Shown in pieces: positions 31,196-40,364 of a stretch of DNA of 64,000 nucleotides (position 1 is its first letter; the number at the start of each line of letters is the position of its first letter). Position numbers and translations under genes: made by a program. The stretch comes from Bacillota bacterium (GTDB lineage: Bacteria > Bacillota > Sulfobacillia > JAJZYS01 > JAILZS01). A model generated the notes under the pieces. It was not told where the DNA came from. It saw only the letters and a list, made by a program, of their open reading frames with translations, and did not search any database. The stretch covers positions 19,370 through 83,369 of the forward strand of contig JAILZS010000005.1 in assembly GCA_023512375.1 (NCBI GenBank), written 5' to 3'.

Positions 31196-33195
31196 CGTGG
31201 GCGCTCCCGGCCTTGGCCGCGGTCGCCTGGTTGGTCGGCGCCGCCGCCCCCCCCGCGCGCCGGGCGGCGTTGTGCGCGGGCGGCCTGGCTGTGGCGGCGT
31301 GGGGGGCGGCGGGGCTCATGGGCGTGGGCGGGTGGACGCTCGCCCTGCCTTCGCCGCTCCCCTCCCTGTCCTTCACCCCCGGCGGGGTCGGCGGCCTGTG
31401 GCTCCTTCTCCTAGGAGCCTTGGGTTTCGCCCTCGGCTTGTTGCTCGAAGACGGCCGCGGGGGTAGGATGGCGCGCCCGGCCACCGCTTCGCTCGCCCAC
31501 CTGACGCTTCTCATGGGGGCGGGCGTGCTGGCCGCGACGACGCCGTTCGCGCTCCTCACCGCCTGGGAGGCGATGTCCGGCCTGACCTACCTCCTGTTCC
31601 TGGCCGCCCGGCCCGGCCGGCGCGTATACGCCGCCTCCTTCCTGCTCCTATGGGTCTCCGAGGCGGGGGCGGCGGCGCTCTACGCGGTGGCCCTCTTCTC
31701 GCAGGGCGGGGGCGCAGGGGCGTTGGGCGCCCTGACACCGGGGGTGCGGCTTACCCTCGCCCTCCTGGCGGTAGCGGCGTTCGGCACCAAGGCGGCGCTC
31801 GTCCCCTTCCAGCTCTGGCTTCCGGTGGCGGAACCGGAGGCCCCCGGGGCGGTGGCGGGGTTCCTCTCCGGAGCGCTCACCGCGGTGGCCTTTGCGGCCC
31901 TCCTGCGCGTCATCGCGTGGCTTGACGCACCCGCGCTCCCCCTCGGCGCGGCGGTGGGCGGGCTGGGGCTGGCCGGCCTGAGCATCGGCGCGCTCGGGGC
32001 GCTGTTCGACGGCGACACAAAGCGCATCCTGGCCTTCGGCACGGTGGAGGCGATGGGCGCCGCCTTCCTCGCCCTCGGTCTGGGCCTGTTCCTGCGCGCC
32101 CTCCACGCCCCGGCGCAGGCGGCGACCGCGTTCGTGGGGGCGGCCACGCTCGTTTTCGCGCACGCCGGCGGCAAGCTGTCTCTGTTCGCCGCCGCGGGCG
32201 AGGTGGAGGCGGCCGGGGGCGGCCGGCGCCTCGACGCCCTGGGCGGGCTCATGGCTCGAATGCCGTGGACGGGGGCGACCGCCCTGGTTGGTGCCCTGGG
32301 CCTGGCGGGTATGCCTCCGCTGGGGACGTTCGTCGGCGAGTGGCTCCTCCTGGAGTCCCTGTTCATGCCCCTGCCCGAGGCCGCCGGCGTGCACGTCCTG
32401 CTCGCCATGCTGGGCGCGGCCGTGGCCGTCCTGGCGGCGCTGTCGCTCACCGCCTACCTCCGCTGGTACGGTACGGCCTTCCTCGGTCCCGGACGGAGCG
32501 GGCGCGCCGTGGGCGTAACCGAACGGCCGGGGTGGCCGCGGGTGGGGCTCGCGGTCGCCCTCCTCCCCCTGGCCGCGGCGGGGATCGCCACTCCCTGGCT
32601 GGTGCCCCTGTGGCAGGCGGCGTACGCTCCCGGTCCGGCCGTCGTCCTGCCCCTGTTCCGCGCCCCGCAGCTCAGCCCCACCCTGGTCGGGGTGGGCGCG
32701 GCCGTGGGACGGGGTCTACCGGGAGCGACCGGGGTGGTGCTCACCCCCGGGGGCGGGTTCTCCGTCCTCTCGCCCTGGGACCTCACCTGGATCGCCCTCG
32801 GCTTGGGCGCCGTCGTCTACCTTCTCGTGCGCCTAGGGGCTACCGGCATGGCGCGCCCGCCCCGCCGCACCGCACCCTGGGCGGGCGGCCGCGCCACCTA
32901 TGCCCCGGCCATGACCTACACGGCGGAGAGCCTGAGCCATCCCCTGCGCCTTTCCCTCGCCGCCTGGGCGGGGGTGAGGGCCGAGCGGCCGAGCGTCCTG
33001 GGCGGCCGGGCGCGGCGCTACCGGGTGCGCTACCGCGACCGCCTGTGGACGTACGGCTATCTGTGGCCCGCCCGGGCGGTGACGGCGCTTGCCGACGCCT
33101 TCCGCAACTGGCAGAGGGGATCGGTGGCCCAGTACGTGGCGTCCATCCTCCTCGCCCTGGCGGTGGCGGCGATCGTGAGCTCCTTCGCCCGCTGA
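31192..33195 (+). CDS. hyfB: Ehr/hydrogenase-4 antiporter-like subunit (HyfB-like)
   Basis: AWEAMS, FGTKAALVPFQLWLP.AEPEAP, KRILAFGTVE, HAGGKLSLF, GMPPLGTFVGEW, MTYTA. Confidence 0.82.
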   Translation: MTWALPALAAVAWLVGAAAPPARRAALCAGGLAVAAWGAAGLMGVGGWTLALPSPLPSLSFTPGGVGGLWLLLLGALGFALGLLLEDGRGGRMARPATASLAHLTLLMGAGVLAATTPFALLTAWEAMSGLTYLLFLAARPGRRVYAASFLLLWVSEAGAAALYAVALFSQGGGAGALGALTPGVRLTLALLAVAAFGTKAALVPFQLWLPVAEPEAPGAVAGFLSGALTAVAFAALLRVIAWLDAPALPLGAAVGGLGLAGLSIGALGALFDGDTKRILAFGTVEAMGAAFLALGLGLFLRALHAPAQAATAFVGAATLVFAHAGGKLSLFAAAGEVEAAGGGRRLDALGGLMARMPWTGATALVGALGLAGMPPLGTFVGEWLLLESLFMPLPEAAGVHVLLAMLGAAVAVLAALSLTAYLRWYGTAFLGPGRSGRAVGVTERPGWPRVGLAVALLPLAAAGIATPWLVPLWQAAYAPGPAVVLPLFRAPQLSPTLVGVGAAVGRGLPGATGVVLTPGGGFSVLSPWDLTWIALGLGAVVYLLVRLGATGMARPPRRTAPWAGGRATYAPAMTYTAESLSHPLRLSLAAWAGVRAERPSVLGGRARRYRVRYRDRLWTYGYLWPARAVTALADAFRNWQRGSVAQYVASILLALAVAAIVSSFAR

Positions 33196-33199
33196 TCGG

Positions 33200-33510
33200 C
33201 GCGGCGTTGGCGAACGAGTGGCCGGGGATGGAGAAGCTCGGCGTGAGCGACAGGCCGGTCCACGGCGCCGTGATCTGGACGCTGTCGCCGGCCGGGAAGT
33301 CCCCGGTGGCGGAGTCGCCGCTCGCGTGCCGCGGCTCGTGGCCGCGGGCCAGGTCTGGCCGCCGTCGTCGGCGCAGGAGGTGACCACCGCGATGTCCATC
33401 GCCGTCGGGGACGAGATCGTGCCCGCGTCCGGGCTCACCGCCGTGATCTCGCCGTCGGAGACGACATGGAAGCTCTGGGCCGGCAAGGAGCCGAAGTACA
33501 CGGCCGTCGC
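33200..33510 (-). pseudogene. remnant of a surface protein with an IPT/TIG domain
   Basis: TAVYFGSLPAQSFHVVSDGEITAVSP is an IPT/TIG-like motif; no 5' end, frame breaks; boundaries approximate. Confidence 0.5.
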
Positions 33511-33512
33511 GC

Positions 33513-34285
33513 ATCCTCGAGCGCATGATCCAGGAGACGCTCGTCGTCCAGGCCGCCGCCCGCGCCCACATCGCCGTCGACTCCGCCGCCTAACGCGCAG
33601 GCGGTGAAGAGCTACCAGAGCGTCCTCGGCAAGGACTCCGCGGACGCCGCGGCCATGGACCAGGCGCTTCGCCTCGACCACCTGACGCAAAGGCGAGGTG
33701 GTCCGCTACGTAGAACTCGAGCTGGCCCTCGACGGCGTGCTGCGCAAGCTGGTGGGACAGGTGCCGGTCCCCGCCTCGGCGGTGCGGGCGTACTACCGGT
33801 CCCACCTGAGCGAGTTCTCGGCGCCGCGGGCGTACGAGTTGCGGGTCATCGTGGTCCCGACCCGCACCCAGGCGCAGGCCGTCCTGCATGAGCTCGAGAC
33901 GGACGGCGGCTCGAACTTCGGCGCCCTGGCGGAGGCCGAGTCGATCGACACGGCGAGCGCGCCCGAACAGGGCGACCTCGGGTGGGTGACGCTGTCCGAG
34001 CTGAGCGGGGCCGTGGCCCGCGCCGTGCCGCGCATGAAGGTGGGAGAGTACGCGCTGGCCTCGACGCCGAACGGTTGGGACGTGCTGCAGCTCCTCGCCG
34101 TCCGCGCCCCCGGGCGCCAGAGCCTGAGCGCGGCGACCGATGCCATCACCAAGACCTTGGCCGCCCAGCGTTTCCAGAGCGGTGTGAAGGCGTGCCTGGC
34201 GAAGCTCGCCAAGCAGGCGAGGATCCGGGTGCTCTGGCACCCGGGCGGGGCGAGCGGCGCAGGCACGGGGGGAGGCGGCGGCTAG
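33513..34285 (+). pseudogene. PrsA/SurA-like parvulin peptidyl-prolyl isomerase, 5'-truncated and frameshifted
   Basis: ILERMIQETLVVQAA (SurA_N-like), TAA at 33591, two frame changes, then rotamase motifs FGALAEAESID, QGDLGWV. Confidence 0.65.
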
Positions 34286-34366
34286 GGCCGGGGGGAGGCG
34301 GGCTGAAGGGCGGGCGGGCGGCGCCGCGGGGGCGGCGCCGTCCCGCGTGGGAAGGGGGAGACGTGC

Positions 34367-34995
34367 GTGCGGCGATGGCGGCGGGCGATGGCGCTGCGTG
34401 TGGTGGTGGCCGTCGCGGTGCTGGTGCCGCTTGTGTGGTTCACGCTCGTGCCGGCGGTGGGGCTGTTCTCCCGTCCGGCGGGCGCCGGTCCGGGGGCCCT
34501 GCTGCCGACCGTACCGCACCTTGTGCCGGTGCAGGGACCGCTGACCACGCCCCGGGGCCTGCTCACCGTCTCGAGCGCAGGGGTGACGCGGACGCCGTTG
34601 GTCGTCGCCCTCGGGAAGGGCCGGGGGCGGAGCCCGCTTTGGCGTCTCTCCTCGGCGGTGCCGAAGGCGGTCACGGGCTGGCAGGCGGCGGGGCCATACC
34701 TCCTCGTCCAGGCGGCGTTGTCGCCGACGGGGGGCGACGCGCCGTAGCCGCCGCGCCACGGCGGGAGAGCGTCATCGACCTGCCGGAGCGGCGCATCCTC
34801 CTCGAGCTGCCGGCCAGCGCGGAATCGAGGGATTACGTCATCGGCGACGACCTCGTGGTGCGCAACCGCCAGGATGTGGGCGGGCGGAACCTGTGGCGGG
34901 TGACGGTGGTGGATCTCGTGCGCGCACGCCGCCTCGACTTCGTGCTCCCTCCCGGGGCGGCCGGCGCGGCCGTACGGGCGGGACGCCTGTACTAG
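34367..34995 (+). pseudogene. exported/membrane-anchored hypothetical protein, interrupted
   Basis: N-terminal TM ORF stops at 34747; protein-like sequence continues in another frame (SVIDLPERRILLELP...) to 34995. Confidence 0.4.
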
Positions 34996-35266
34996 GTCGT
35001 GGCGGCACGGGGCGCGCCGGGCCGGCTCGACCTTCCCCTCGCGCCCCAGGCCTGGCAGCCCTTGGGGCGGCTGGTCCCTCTCTACCTACCCGCCTCGTAA
35101 AGGGGGGCGTCTGAAGGGACACGCCGCATCGTTGGTGGGTGCAATGCCCTCGGCGTTGCGGCGCGTAACCAGTGTGGACTCGGACGTGGCCGCCGGGGCG
35201 GCCGTCCCGTTGGGACGCGCGCCGGCCGGGCGCCGCGCCCGGCCGGCGGGAAGGCTGGCGGCGCCG

Positions 35267-36793
35267 TCAGGCGGTGACGCTGTCCGCCTCGTAGTCGGCG
35301 TCCGCCGTGGCGTCGACGCCGTTGTGCACGCGGGCGGCGTTGAGGGCCAGGGTGAGCACCACGACCACCGCCAGGTTGAGGATGAGGGCCCAGATGCCGG
35401 CGTAACCGAGGACGCCGAACACGGCCACGAGCGAGGACTTGAACTGGACGCTGGCGGCCATCGCCGTGCCCACCACCATGCCCACCAACCAGCCGAGCAG
35501 GAGCGCGCTGCGGTGGAACCAGCGTGTGTAGAGGCTACCGACGATCATGGGCACGGTCTGCAGGATCCAGATGCCGCCCAGGGTCTGGAGGTAGATGGAG
35601 AACTGCAGGGGGATGCCGAGCACGAAGACGAGCGCTCCCAGCTTCACCACGAGGGAGACGACCTTGGCCACGCCCGCCTCCTGCTGGGGCGTTGCGCCGG
35701 GGGCGAAGTACTCCTTGTAGATGTTGCGGGTGAAGAGGTTGGCGGCGGCGATCGACATGATGGCGGCCGGCACCAGCGCCCCGATGAGGATGGCGGCGGA
35801 GGCCAAGCCGAAGAACCACGGCGCGAACTCCTTCTGGAACAGGAGCGGCACCGCGAGGTTGGTGTCGGTCCCCGGCACGTGCACGCCCGCGGCGATGGCC
35901 ATGTAGCCGAGGAGGGCGATGAAGCCGAGCATGAGCGAGTACAGGGGCAGGAAGGCGGCGTTGCGCCGCACCACCTGGCGCGAGCTCGTGCTGAACACCG
36001 CCGTCAGGGCGTGGGGGTAGAAGAACAGGGCGACGGCGGAGCCGAGGGCCAGCGTGGCGTACGCGGCGTACGCCTTGGGGGCCAACAGGGTGCTTCCCGG
36101 CTTGGGCAGTGACTTCAGGTGCGCCTGAGAGAGGGCGAAGATGTGGCCGAAACCGCCCAGGTGCGCGGGGATGAGGATGACGGCGGCGATGATCGTGATG
36201 TAGATGAGGGTGTCCTTCACCACCGCCACGAGGGCGGGGGCGCGCAGGCCCGAGGTGTACGTGTAGACGGCCAGGATGGCGAAGGCGATGATGAGCGGCA
36301 GGTCGCGGCCGAGAAAGCCCGTGCCCGTGATGCCCAAGACCTGCAGCACCGCCTGCATGCCGACCAGCTGCAAGGCGATGTACGGCATCGTGGCCAGGAT
36401 GCCCGTCACCGCCACGGCCAGGGCGAGGCCGCGGCTCTCGAACCTCGCCTTCACGTAGTCGGCGGCGGTGATGTAGCCCTTGGCGTGCGCCACCGACCAG
36501 AGCCGGGGGAGGACGGCGAACACGAACGGGTAGACGATGATGGTGTACGGCACGGCGAAGAAGCCGAGCGCCCCCGCACCGAACACGAGGGCGGGGACGG
36601 CGACGAACGTGTAGGCTGTGTAGAGGTCACCGCCCAGGAGGAACCAGGTGATGAAGGTCCCGAGCTGACGGCCGGCGAGGCCCCACTCGTGCAGGACGGA
36701 GAGGTCGCCCCGGCGCCAGGAGCTGGCGTAGAACCCGAGCACCGTCACGAAGGCGAACAGGACGAGGAAGACGACGATGGCGGTGGTGTTCAT
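35267..36793 (-). CDS. mctP: sodium:solute symporter, MctP-like monocarboxylate permease
   Basis: EWGLAGR, WFLLGGDLYTAYTFVAVPA, ATMPYIALQLVG, YTYTSGLRAPA, ALVPAAIMSIAAANLFTRN. Confidence 0.88.
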   Translation of the reverse strand: MNTTAIVVFLVLFAFVTVLGFYASSWRRGDLSVLHEWGLAGRQLGTFITWFLLGGDLYTAYTFVAVPALVFGAGALGFFAVPYTIIVYPFVFAVLPRLWSVAHAKGYITAADYVKARFESRGLALAVAVTGILATMPYIALQLVGMQAVLQVLGITGTGFLGRDLPLIIAFAILAVYTYTSGLRAPALVAVVKDTLIYITIIAAVILIPAHLGGFGHIFALSQAHLKSLPKPGSTLLAPKAYAAYATLALGSAVALFFYPHALTAVFSTSSRQVVRRNAAFLPLYSLMLGFIALLGYMAIAAGVHVPGTDTNLAVPLLFQKEFAPWFFGLASAAILIGALVPAAIMSIAAANLFTRNIYKEYFAPGATPQQEAGVAKVVSLVVKLGALVFVLGIPLQFSIYLQTLGGIWILQTVPMIVGSLYTRWFHRSALLLGWLVGMVVGTAMAASVQFKSSLVAVFGVLGYAGIWALILNLAVVVVLTLALNAARVHNGVDATADADYEADSVTA

Positions 36794-37035
36794 CGCCCCT
36801 TCCCCCGTTCCGTCCCGCGCGCCTCGGGGCGCTCCGGCGTGAGGGCGTAGACGAGCAGGGTGATGAGCGCGCTCACCACCACCCAGGCGAGTTGGTACCA
36901 GTAGAAAAACGGCAGGCCGGCGAGCGCGGGCGTCGCCCGGTTGTAGATGGGTGGCAGCAGGGTGGCGACGAAGGGTAGGAGCAGGAGCAGGTACCACCAG
37001 CGGCTACCGCCCGCGGACGCACTGCGGCGGACCAT
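36790..37035 (-). CDS. DUF3311 small membrane partner of the SSS transporter
   Basis: P..YNR..P.LAGLPFFYWYQLAW; 4-bp overlap with the symporter. Confidence 0.85.
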   Translation of the reverse strand: MVRRSASAGGSRWWYLLLLLPFVATLLPPIYNRATPALAGLPFFYWYQLAWVVVSALITLLVYALTPERPEARGTERGKGR

Positions 37036-37404
37036 CGATGCCCTCCCCCCGATCGGATGAAGTGAGAGAAGATTCCGAACCTCAATTGGATGGTCGGGGG
37101 ATGTCCTCCTGCCGGAGCGGGTGGGGGCGGCAGATCGAGGCCGGCCGGCTGCGCTCGGTCCTGCGGCAGGGCGCGGCGGACCCGGGCACGCCCTCCGCCG
37201 ACCTTCCAGCGGCCGACGCGCACCCCCGGGAAGGCCGCCGCTGCGCGATGGGGTGGGCGTCGCCCGCGTCCACGTCCACAGCTCGGGCCTGTCCGCTCTA
37301 GCGCCGGGATGCGCAGCGATGGGGATGTGCGGGGCCTGGGGCTCTGCGCCGACGTGCGCCGACATGGCGCACCGGGGCGACCGGCGGGCGAGAAGCAGGC
37401 AAGC

Positions 37405-37466
37405 AAACGGGGACCCGGCAGCTCCCGCCGGGAGGTGCCGGGCCCTGAAGGTCTTGGGCTCCAAGG
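37405..37466 (-). repeat. tRNA-downstream double-hairpin/terminator-like motif, copy 2
   Basis: Minus strand CCTTGGAGCCCAAGACCTTCAGGGCCCGGC...CCGGGTCCCCGTTT; last 14 nt identical to 24112-24125. Confidence 0.55.
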
Positions 37467-37474
37467 CTTCAAGG

Positions 37475-37548
37475 TGGAGCGGGTGACGGGAATCGAACCC
37501 GCGTCACCAGCTTGGAAGGCTGGCGCTCTACCATTGAGCTACACCCGC
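37475..37548 (-). tRNA. tRNA-Gly(TCC)
   Basis: Minus strand GCGGGTGTAGCTCAATGGTAGAGC...CCAGCCTTCCAAGCTGG...GGTTCGATTCCC...CCGCTCCA. Confidence 0.95.
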
Positions 37549-37905
37549 CGAACTCCGTCGCAGGCATTGAACCACGACCGACCGGGAACCGCAAGATGAT
37601 CCCGGCGGCGGGGCGGCCTCGCCGCACCGACGGGGCGGGCCATGGCGCCACCGGGAGGACGCGGGGCGGGCCGAGACGCTTTCGGGTCTTTGCCCTGCCG
37701 CCGGTGCCGCCGGTCACGGAGGGGGGGCCACCGCCGCCTCACCCTGCGGTGGCCCCGCATGCGGCCGGTTTCGCGCTCGTCGGATCCACGACCCCACCGT
37801 ACGACGTACCGGATCCTGGCGGCCCGGCGGTGCCGGCGCAAGCGGCCCCGCCACGCGGCAGGCGTGTCGTCGGGCGCCTCGGCCGGCGCAGGGGAGGGCG
37901 ATGGC

Positions 37906-38514
37906 CTACGGCGTCCGGCCCCCGGCGGGCGGCGTGCGCCTGAGCTGCTCCCAGGCCATGCGCTCGACCCGGCCCGCGCTGGCGCCGTGGGCACGGCGCC
38001 TGGGCGCGGTAGCCTGCGGCCTCGGCCGCACCGCGGTCTGCCAGGGGCGAGGCCCCTCCAGGAGAGGCGAATAGCTCAGGTCCGCCGGCGCAGGCCAGGG
38101 GGCGTGGGTGAGGATGACGCCCGCCTCGGCGTAGCAGGCCGCCACCAAGCCCGAGCAGGTCAAATGGTGGAGCGGTCGCGGTTTCGGCACGAGGTGGAGG
38201 TCGAAGCGCGCGGCGTCGAAGAGGAGCTCGCGCACGCCGTAAGGCTCTCCCAGGCGACGGCGGGCGGCGGCCACCGCCCGGACGCGCTCGGCTTCGGACG
38301 CCCGCACCCGGTACGCCCACCCTTCTCGCGCGTACAGCGGCGCGGGCCGCTCGACGACCACGATCCCGGCTTCGACCAGCGTCCCGGCGCCGGTGGCCAC
38401 GGCGGCGTGGCTGAAGGGATTGGCGGTGCTGAACTCGATCATCCAGGCCAGAACCCCCCGGCCCGGCACGAGGACGACGTCGCCGGGCGCAAGGCGGCGG
38501 GGGTCGTACGGCAC
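37906..38514 (-). CDS. permuted papain-like NlpC/P60 amidase (YiiX/YebB-like)
   Basis: PGDVVLV, FSHAAV (His), GEPY, TCSGLV (Cys after His); GGAGGTG RBS before GTG 38514. Confidence 0.72.
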   Translation of the reverse strand: MPYDPRRLAPGDVVLVPGRGVLAWMIEFSTANPFSHAAVATGAGTLVEAGIVVVERPAPLYAREGWAYRVRASEAERVRAVAAARRRLGEPYGVRELLFDAARFDLHLVPKPRPLHHLTCSGLVAACYAEAGVILTHAPWPAPADLSYSPLLEGPRPWQTAVRPRPQATAPRRRAHGASAGRVERMAWEQLRRTPPAGGRTP

Positions 38515-38669
38515 GATACCCACCTCCCGCCCCAGTCTGTGCGGGGGGGAGAAGAGGTGTCCCAGGCCCCGCGGGACGGCGGCTTGTCCGGGCATGGTGG
38601 CTACCCTCATGATAGGCGTAGCACCGGCGTGCACCGGGACCGGCACCGGGCGGCGCAGGGAACGGAGGG

Positions 38670-40187
38670 ATGGCGGTGAGCGCTGCACGGCGGGCATCGG
38701 TGTCCGACCACCGGTCCAGGCTGGGGGAGCTCAGGTTCGACACCTGGTGGCGGGCGTTCGGGCGCGACGACACCTGGCTGAGCGTGATGGCCGACATCCA
38801 GCGCCACCTGCGGGCGGACACGGGGGCCGACGTCGTGGTCATGTGGGCGCAGCTGCCGCCGAACGGCGATTGGGTGCGGCTGGCCACCGAGCTTCCCGAC
38901 GTGGTCGTGCTGCCGAGGCGTTCGCGCCCCCACGCCGATCTGGAGCGGGAGCGCGCCCCGCAGCGCGTGCTCACGGCCACGGTGCGCGGGCCGTACCGGC
39001 GCGCCCTCGCCCAGGCGGGGGTGGCGGGGGGATGGCTCCTCCCCCTGGTCGCGCCGGAGGACGCGGTCGGGCGGGAGACGTGGGTGGGCGCCTTGGGGCT
39101 GGGGTGGCGGCAGGAGCCGCCGCTTGCGCCGCCCCCGCTGCACGTGGTCGTCTCCGGCCTGTGGTACCTTCTGCGCCAGCGGGTGGAGAGCACCTACACG
39201 GAGGCCGTGCTGGAGGAGGCGGTCTCGCTCGGCGTGCCCACCGCCCCGTCGGAGTGGGACGAACGCCTTACCGTCATGGTGGAGCGGCTGGGCGGCGACC
39301 ACTGGTCGCTCTACCGGGTGACGCGCGACGGGGCCGGGGAGCCCCACCTCTCCCTGGTGGCGGAGCGCGGCGCCATGGGCGACCGCGGGCGGCGGCTCGT
39401 GGCCTTCATGCGCGAGGACCCCGACCACTTCCGCCAGAGCGCCCTTCTGCGGGCGGCCGAGCAGGGATATAACATGTTCATCGCCGACACGAAGACCACC
39501 ATCTACCAGATCCCCGAGGCGTTCGGCGGCGACCCCGTGCGCTCCGGCCTGGTCATGCCCCTGGGGGAGCGGGGCGAGAGCGGCGTCGGCCTTCTCGGGG
39601 TGTACTGGCGGGAGCCCGAGGGGTGGCGCCGCTTCGGCCTGTCCATGCAGCCGTGGGACGCCTTCCGGCGCGTGGCCGCCGACTGGTGGCAGGGGATGCA
39701 CTCGGCCCAGGACGCCCTGCGCGACGCCCTCACGGGCCTGTACAACCGGCGCGGCATGGCGCGCGCCTGGGAGGAGACGCTGGCCGCGCAGGCGAGCGGT
39801 CTGCTCGGGGTGATCGACCTGGACGCCTTCAGCGCCGTGAACAACCGCTGGGGCCATCTCATGGGGGACGAGGTGCTGCGCGTCGTCGCCCACACCCTGG
39901 GGTCGCTGGCCGAGGCGGAGGGCGGCTGGTGCGGGCGGTGGGGCGGGGACGAGTTCGTCCTCTGCCTGCCGCCGGGGCGGGACTGGGCGGGCGTGGGGCG
40001 GGCGCTCGAGGGCGCCCTCGACCGGGCGGCGGAGGCGAGCCGTTGGCCGCAGCGCGTTCGGGCGAGCGGCGGCGCCGCGCGCTGGAGCCGTGCCCGTTGC
40101 GACTTCGGCCAGACGTTCGCGCGCGCCGACCGCGCCCTGTACCGCGCCAAGCGGCTGGGTGGGGGGCGGTTTCTCGTCGCGCGCTGA
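38670..40187 (+). CDS. diguanylate cyclase (C-terminal GGDEF, N-terminal GAF-like sensor region)
   Basis: [43 protein letters not shown]. Confidence 0.88.
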   Translation: MAVSAARRASVSDHRSRLGELRFDTWWRAFGRDDTWLSVMADIQRHLRADTGADVVVMWAQLPPNGDWVRLATELPDVVVLPRRSRPHADLERERAPQRVLTATVRGPYRRALAQAGVAGGWLLPLVAPEDAVGRETWVGALGLGWRQEPPLAPPPLHVVVSGLWYLLRQRVESTYTEAVLEEAVSLGVPTAPSEWDERLTVMVERLGGDHWSLYRVTRDGAGEPHLSLVAERGAMGDRGRRLVAFMREDPDHFRQSALLRAAEQGYNMFIADTKTTIYQIPEAFGGDPVRSGLVMPLGERGESGVGLLGVYWREPEGWRRFGLSMQPWDAFRRVAADWWQGMHSAQDALRDALTGLYNRRGMARAWEETLAAQASGLLGVIDLDAFSAVNNRWGHLMGDEVLRVVAHTLGSLAEAEGGWCGRWGGDEFVLCLPPGRDWAGVGRALEGALDRAAEASRWPQRVRASGGAARWSRARCDFGQTFARADRALYRAKRLGGGRFLVAR

Positions 40188-40364
40188 GCACGGAGACGAC
40201 ACCGCCGCCCCGCAGGGGCGGCGGCGTCGCTGGTTCCCCCTGCGCCGGCGTCGGCGTCCGACCGGCCGCGGCCCTTCGACCCCGCGGACGGGGCCCGAGG
40301 TCCCTGGCAGGAGGGGGGAGAGGACGGGTACCGTGCCCATGGGTGCGCCATGGGGGGGCTTCGC

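Noticed and set aside
26031-33195. Calling the operon a true [NiFe] hydrogenase-4 / formate hydrogenlyase
   Set aside because: Both Ni-binding CxxC motifs are absent from the large subunit and no maturation or fdh genes are adjacent.
37090-37099. attR-like duplicate of the tRNA-Pro 3' end (CCCCGACCAT)
   Set aside because: Only 10 nt, in inverted rather than direct orientation, and no integrase is present.
37901-38074. 57-codon plus-strand ORF with a good-looking RBS
   Set aside because: Lies antisense to the 3' part of the YiiX-like gene and has no recognisable features.
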